64,000 nucleotides of DNA from Blasia pusilla (Eukaryota). Below the pieces are notes generated by a model. The model saw only the letters and a program-made list of their open reading frames with translations. It ran no database searches and was not told the DNA's origin. Location: assembly GCA_050084515.1 (NCBI GenBank), contig CM114271.1, forward strand, positions 9,610,001 through 9,674,000, read 5' to 3'. The position numbers and the translations under genes were made by a program. Shown here piece by piece: positions 60,894-64,000 of the stretch; the stretch's first letter is position 1; each line of letters begins with the position of its first letter.

Positions 60894-63800
60894 CTCAATT
60901 TGACTCGTCGCGGATCGGAGTGGATACTTGTTCTTGATGACCCACGATTGCGCCGTCCTCCACTTGAGCGACCTCTTGACGCACTGGAGGTTGAAGAGCT
61001 CCTCCTCGCTCCCTCCAGTCAAAACTAAGAAACAGCCCCTGTCACTGAGATAAGCGTCTGCAAAGGAAAACAAGAGCGTGATCTGGTCATAAGAAGAGGG
61101 ACATTCCAGTCTGGGACCCCGTCGGATGGATTCTCGTCCCACAAGCGCAACCCCGAGGGCAAATCAGCGACGAGGAGATCCACCGCCACCTCTTCGACCT
61201 CCCCATGGACCGTCTAGGGAGCGTGCATGTTTCGTTGAAGCTTCCATCCCAGCGTTGTCAAATTTTTGATGGCTGGTGTCGACGCTTGGGAACTGAAACT
61301 TTTCAGCTCATCCTGAAGATTTGTGCAGTGAAGGATGACGCTTGTCCGGGTCATTGTTTCTCTATGTCTTCCCAAAGATGATGGAGTGTATTCCACATTC
61401 TGGTATGCTCCCTAGGACAACCCTGGCGCCTCTCGCTTCCGCTTCTCCCGAGTCTGCGGTCGGCTTGTTGGGGTCTCTATGACCTCAGAATCTGGTGGAG
61501 TGTTTTTTTGCGAAGGACCTGGTCCGACCATCTCTCCCAACTCACCCGGACGATTCCAAATCTCACCTTGAATTTTCAACCTCTCTTTGGGAAGACTCAG
61601 CCTCGGAATTCTTCCATCCCCTCGCCTTGGCTTTGAGACCCGCTGTAGATTTGTCCTTGGCGATGACGACCTTGGACACCAACTCCGCTGTCTCGAGGGC
61701 TTGCTCCTCCGCATCTCCTTTAAAAAAGTCTTCAGGTTGCACAAAATTGGGGATGTCGTCCCTACCTGCGGCCACTGCATCATAGAGCAGGCGTAGATCT
61801 TTCTCGGTTATGTCCTCAGGGTCGTTGAAGTCCAACCAAATCGTGCAATTCTCCACCTCCCAATCGGCCATGCTTTGAGCCATCTCCATGTCGTACATGG
61901 AAAATGTCTCTCCATCAGGCAGAGAAGCCCACAATTTGCAGGCTGCCGCTATTTTTTGCCATGTACCTGCATTCTTACAATAGACGAGGTACTTGAACAC
62001 CATGCGTTGGGCAGCTCTTAGTCGAGATGCATCAGACGCCTGCTCCTGAAGATCTCGCTTCTTCTTTGCAAAATCCTTTTTTTTTGCCTCTATTTCTTCG
62101 TCAAGTTCTGCCTGAGGGAGGATGCGATCCTTGAACATTATTCTGAAACCTGGGTTTTTTATGGGCTTGTCCCGCATGTCATCAAGCCAAAGTTCAAAAT
62201 CTTCAGCACTCTTCATGTTTGCTTCCTCCGGAACTGGCTCTATTCTTTTCAGCTCCGCTTGGAGACCCACGAGCATGGACTTCCCGAGAAGCCGCAACGC
62301 GTCCCAAAATGACCATTCACGGAGCAAATGGGAGATCACTAGATCAGAGACACCCGAAGGATGGTGTGCCACCCTCTTTTGGGCCTCTATGCCCTCGAGA
62401 CTGATTTTCATCAGTCAGATTCTCCTAAATTTGCTAATTCGAGACAAGGCAAATCAATATACGCGATTGAGAGACACTTTCTCCCCAATCCAACCTTGCG
62501 GATCTTCATCCCTCTTCCGCTGGCGCTTGATTATCGCCTTCAGCTCCTTGTAGAAATCGGGGCCAAGTTCGGGGTTGAGAATGGCGATGTAGCGCTGCAT
62601 CTTGCTTGCCGTGTACTTTGTAGCTGCAGATACTGTAGCATGGATGAACTTTGCACGCTCAGAGACAGATACTTTCTCCCTCCGCTCCAGCTCCAATGCA
62701 ACGCTCTTCTTGGCGGCCTGTATCTTCGACCAGCAAAGGATTATCACGGCTGCATCTTGGGAAATAAACTTATTTGCCCAAGTCTTTTTTTATTTATTTG
62801 AGCACCCTTTGCCAGCATCTCATTTTCAAGGGCGTCGCCCAAGAACCCCTTGTACTCTGCCGAGTGCGTCGTTTGCACTTTCTTCACCCGATCGCAATCT
62901 TGGATCCAGTGATGGGTGACATTCCCCTCCGATACAATCTTGCACATCCAAACTCAATATTAGAATTTTTGCAAGGTACATGGGTTCCTCCAACCCGTCG
63001 GACTCCTACAGGTCGTCACAGCTCATGGTCGGAATGGAAGCAACGAGCTAAATTTTCCAACCCATCGGAGTCCGACGGATTGCATTGAGATTTGTGATTG
63101 CCCGATTTCAACCCATTGGAGTCCGACGGGTTGTCAGATAATCCGTATTTAGAGAGTGGTTTCGGAGAGAAAAGTGAACATATCAACCCGTCGGAGTCCG
63201 ACAAGTTGCGCAATTTCAATTAAAGCTGCAATTTGACGCCAAAAATATAGCTCCCCTACTTTTGAATGTAACCTGTCGGACTCCGACAAGTTGCTTTCAG
63301 CAAAAAACATCAAAAAACATCCAAAAATAGCTTCGAGTCAAGCAACCCGTCGTTCTCCGATGAGTTGCTTTCTTCAAAAAACATCCAAAAACAACGATGA
63401 GTCGAGCAACTCGTCGGACTCCGACGAGTTGCTTTTGGCCAAAAACATCCTTAACCTATGGTCAGTCGAACAACTTGTCGGACTCCGACGAGTTGCTTCC
63501 GGCCAAAAATATCCTAAACCAGTGATCAATCGAGCAACTTGTCGGAGTCCCACGAGTTGCTTTCGGCCAAAAACATCCTAAACATCCTAAAATGTGCCTC
63601 CAATGAGTTTGGGCACTCCTCTGCAAACTGGTCCACGCCATGAACCTGTGGTTTCCATCCCAGATGAAGAAATACAGGTTCCGCATCCAGCTGAATTCCG
63701 TCCCCTCTATCGCCCTTCTGAATTCCTGATCTCTCATCCTCCAGAATGTGTCGAGCGCTTCCAAGTCCTCCTCCGTAACCAACGCTTGGGTTCCATGGTC

Positions 63801-63990
63801 ATCGTAAGGCTGAACATAAAACGGAGGGAAGTTGTCGATGTAGGATGCTGTCGTTGCCGATTGTTTCAGCTTCGCAATATCCTTGTCAGACTAAATTTCG
63901 CGGAGTTACTCCGTAGTTTGCAATCGGAAAAGTGGAATTCTCAGGGCGTTCTGGCCCTCCATTAGTGCCATCTTCTTTACCACTTGTCAC
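60894..63990 (-). pseudogene. cargo gene of copy 4, exon 3 (60894-62939) and exon 2 (~63590-63990)
   Basis: ORFs 61563-62411 and 62454-62747 match 29117-30325; VDLLVADLPSG at ~61150-61183; intact FFIWDGNHRFMAW (DGNHR at 63645-63659). Confidence 0.82.
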
Positions 63991-64000
63991 AACAGGGACA

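Larger units (their letters stand above)
45860..64000 (-). mobile_element. MULE family E copy 4, inverted relative to copy 2, interrupted by a solo LTR and a full-length family-C element; runs off the window
   Basis: Terminus GGGGGCTGGTATTCTGGCAGG at 45860; 45860-48186 mirrors 31426-33733; 49478-49616 and 60487-64000 mirror cargo intron 3 through exon 2. Confidence 0.9.

Overview
This window is eukaryotic and consists almost entirely of nested transposable elements, with no recognisable host gene. Spliceosomal GT-AG introns, CG/CHG-type C>T decay and the element types suggest a non-seed land plant (inference). Contents: (A) 1-8479, a decayed Ty3/Gypsy element whose pol carries a DNMT3-like C5-cytosine methyltransferase between protease and RT, plus a PHD finger after integrase; a second fragment of this family lies at 15491-15990. 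(B) 9762-12388, a tandem, internally deleted Gypsy remnant. (C) An Athila-PBS-type Gypsy family with an extra 3' ORF: one full-length copy at 49617-60486 (TSD ATATG), a solo LTR and two truncated copies. (D) A Copia fragment. (E) At least four copies and two end fragments of a ~12.4-kb Mutator-like (MULE) DNA transposon, most complete at 21346-33733. Element E is the best candidate for an undescribed system. Its SWIM-type DDE transposase is transcribed divergently from a 4-exon cargo gene encoding a ParB/Sulfiredoxin-like domain (WDGNHR) and a C-terminal beta-class N4/N6 DNA methyltransferase-like domain. Its promoter, introns and 3' regions, but not its exons, hold dozens of copies of a 27-bp palindrome, GCAACCCGTCGGA-N-TCCGACGGGTTGC, often spaced at 64-67 bp. 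This resembles a parS/ParB-like or VANDAL/VANC-like self-recognition module. All domain calls come from motif recognition by eye and need HMM or structure confirmation.
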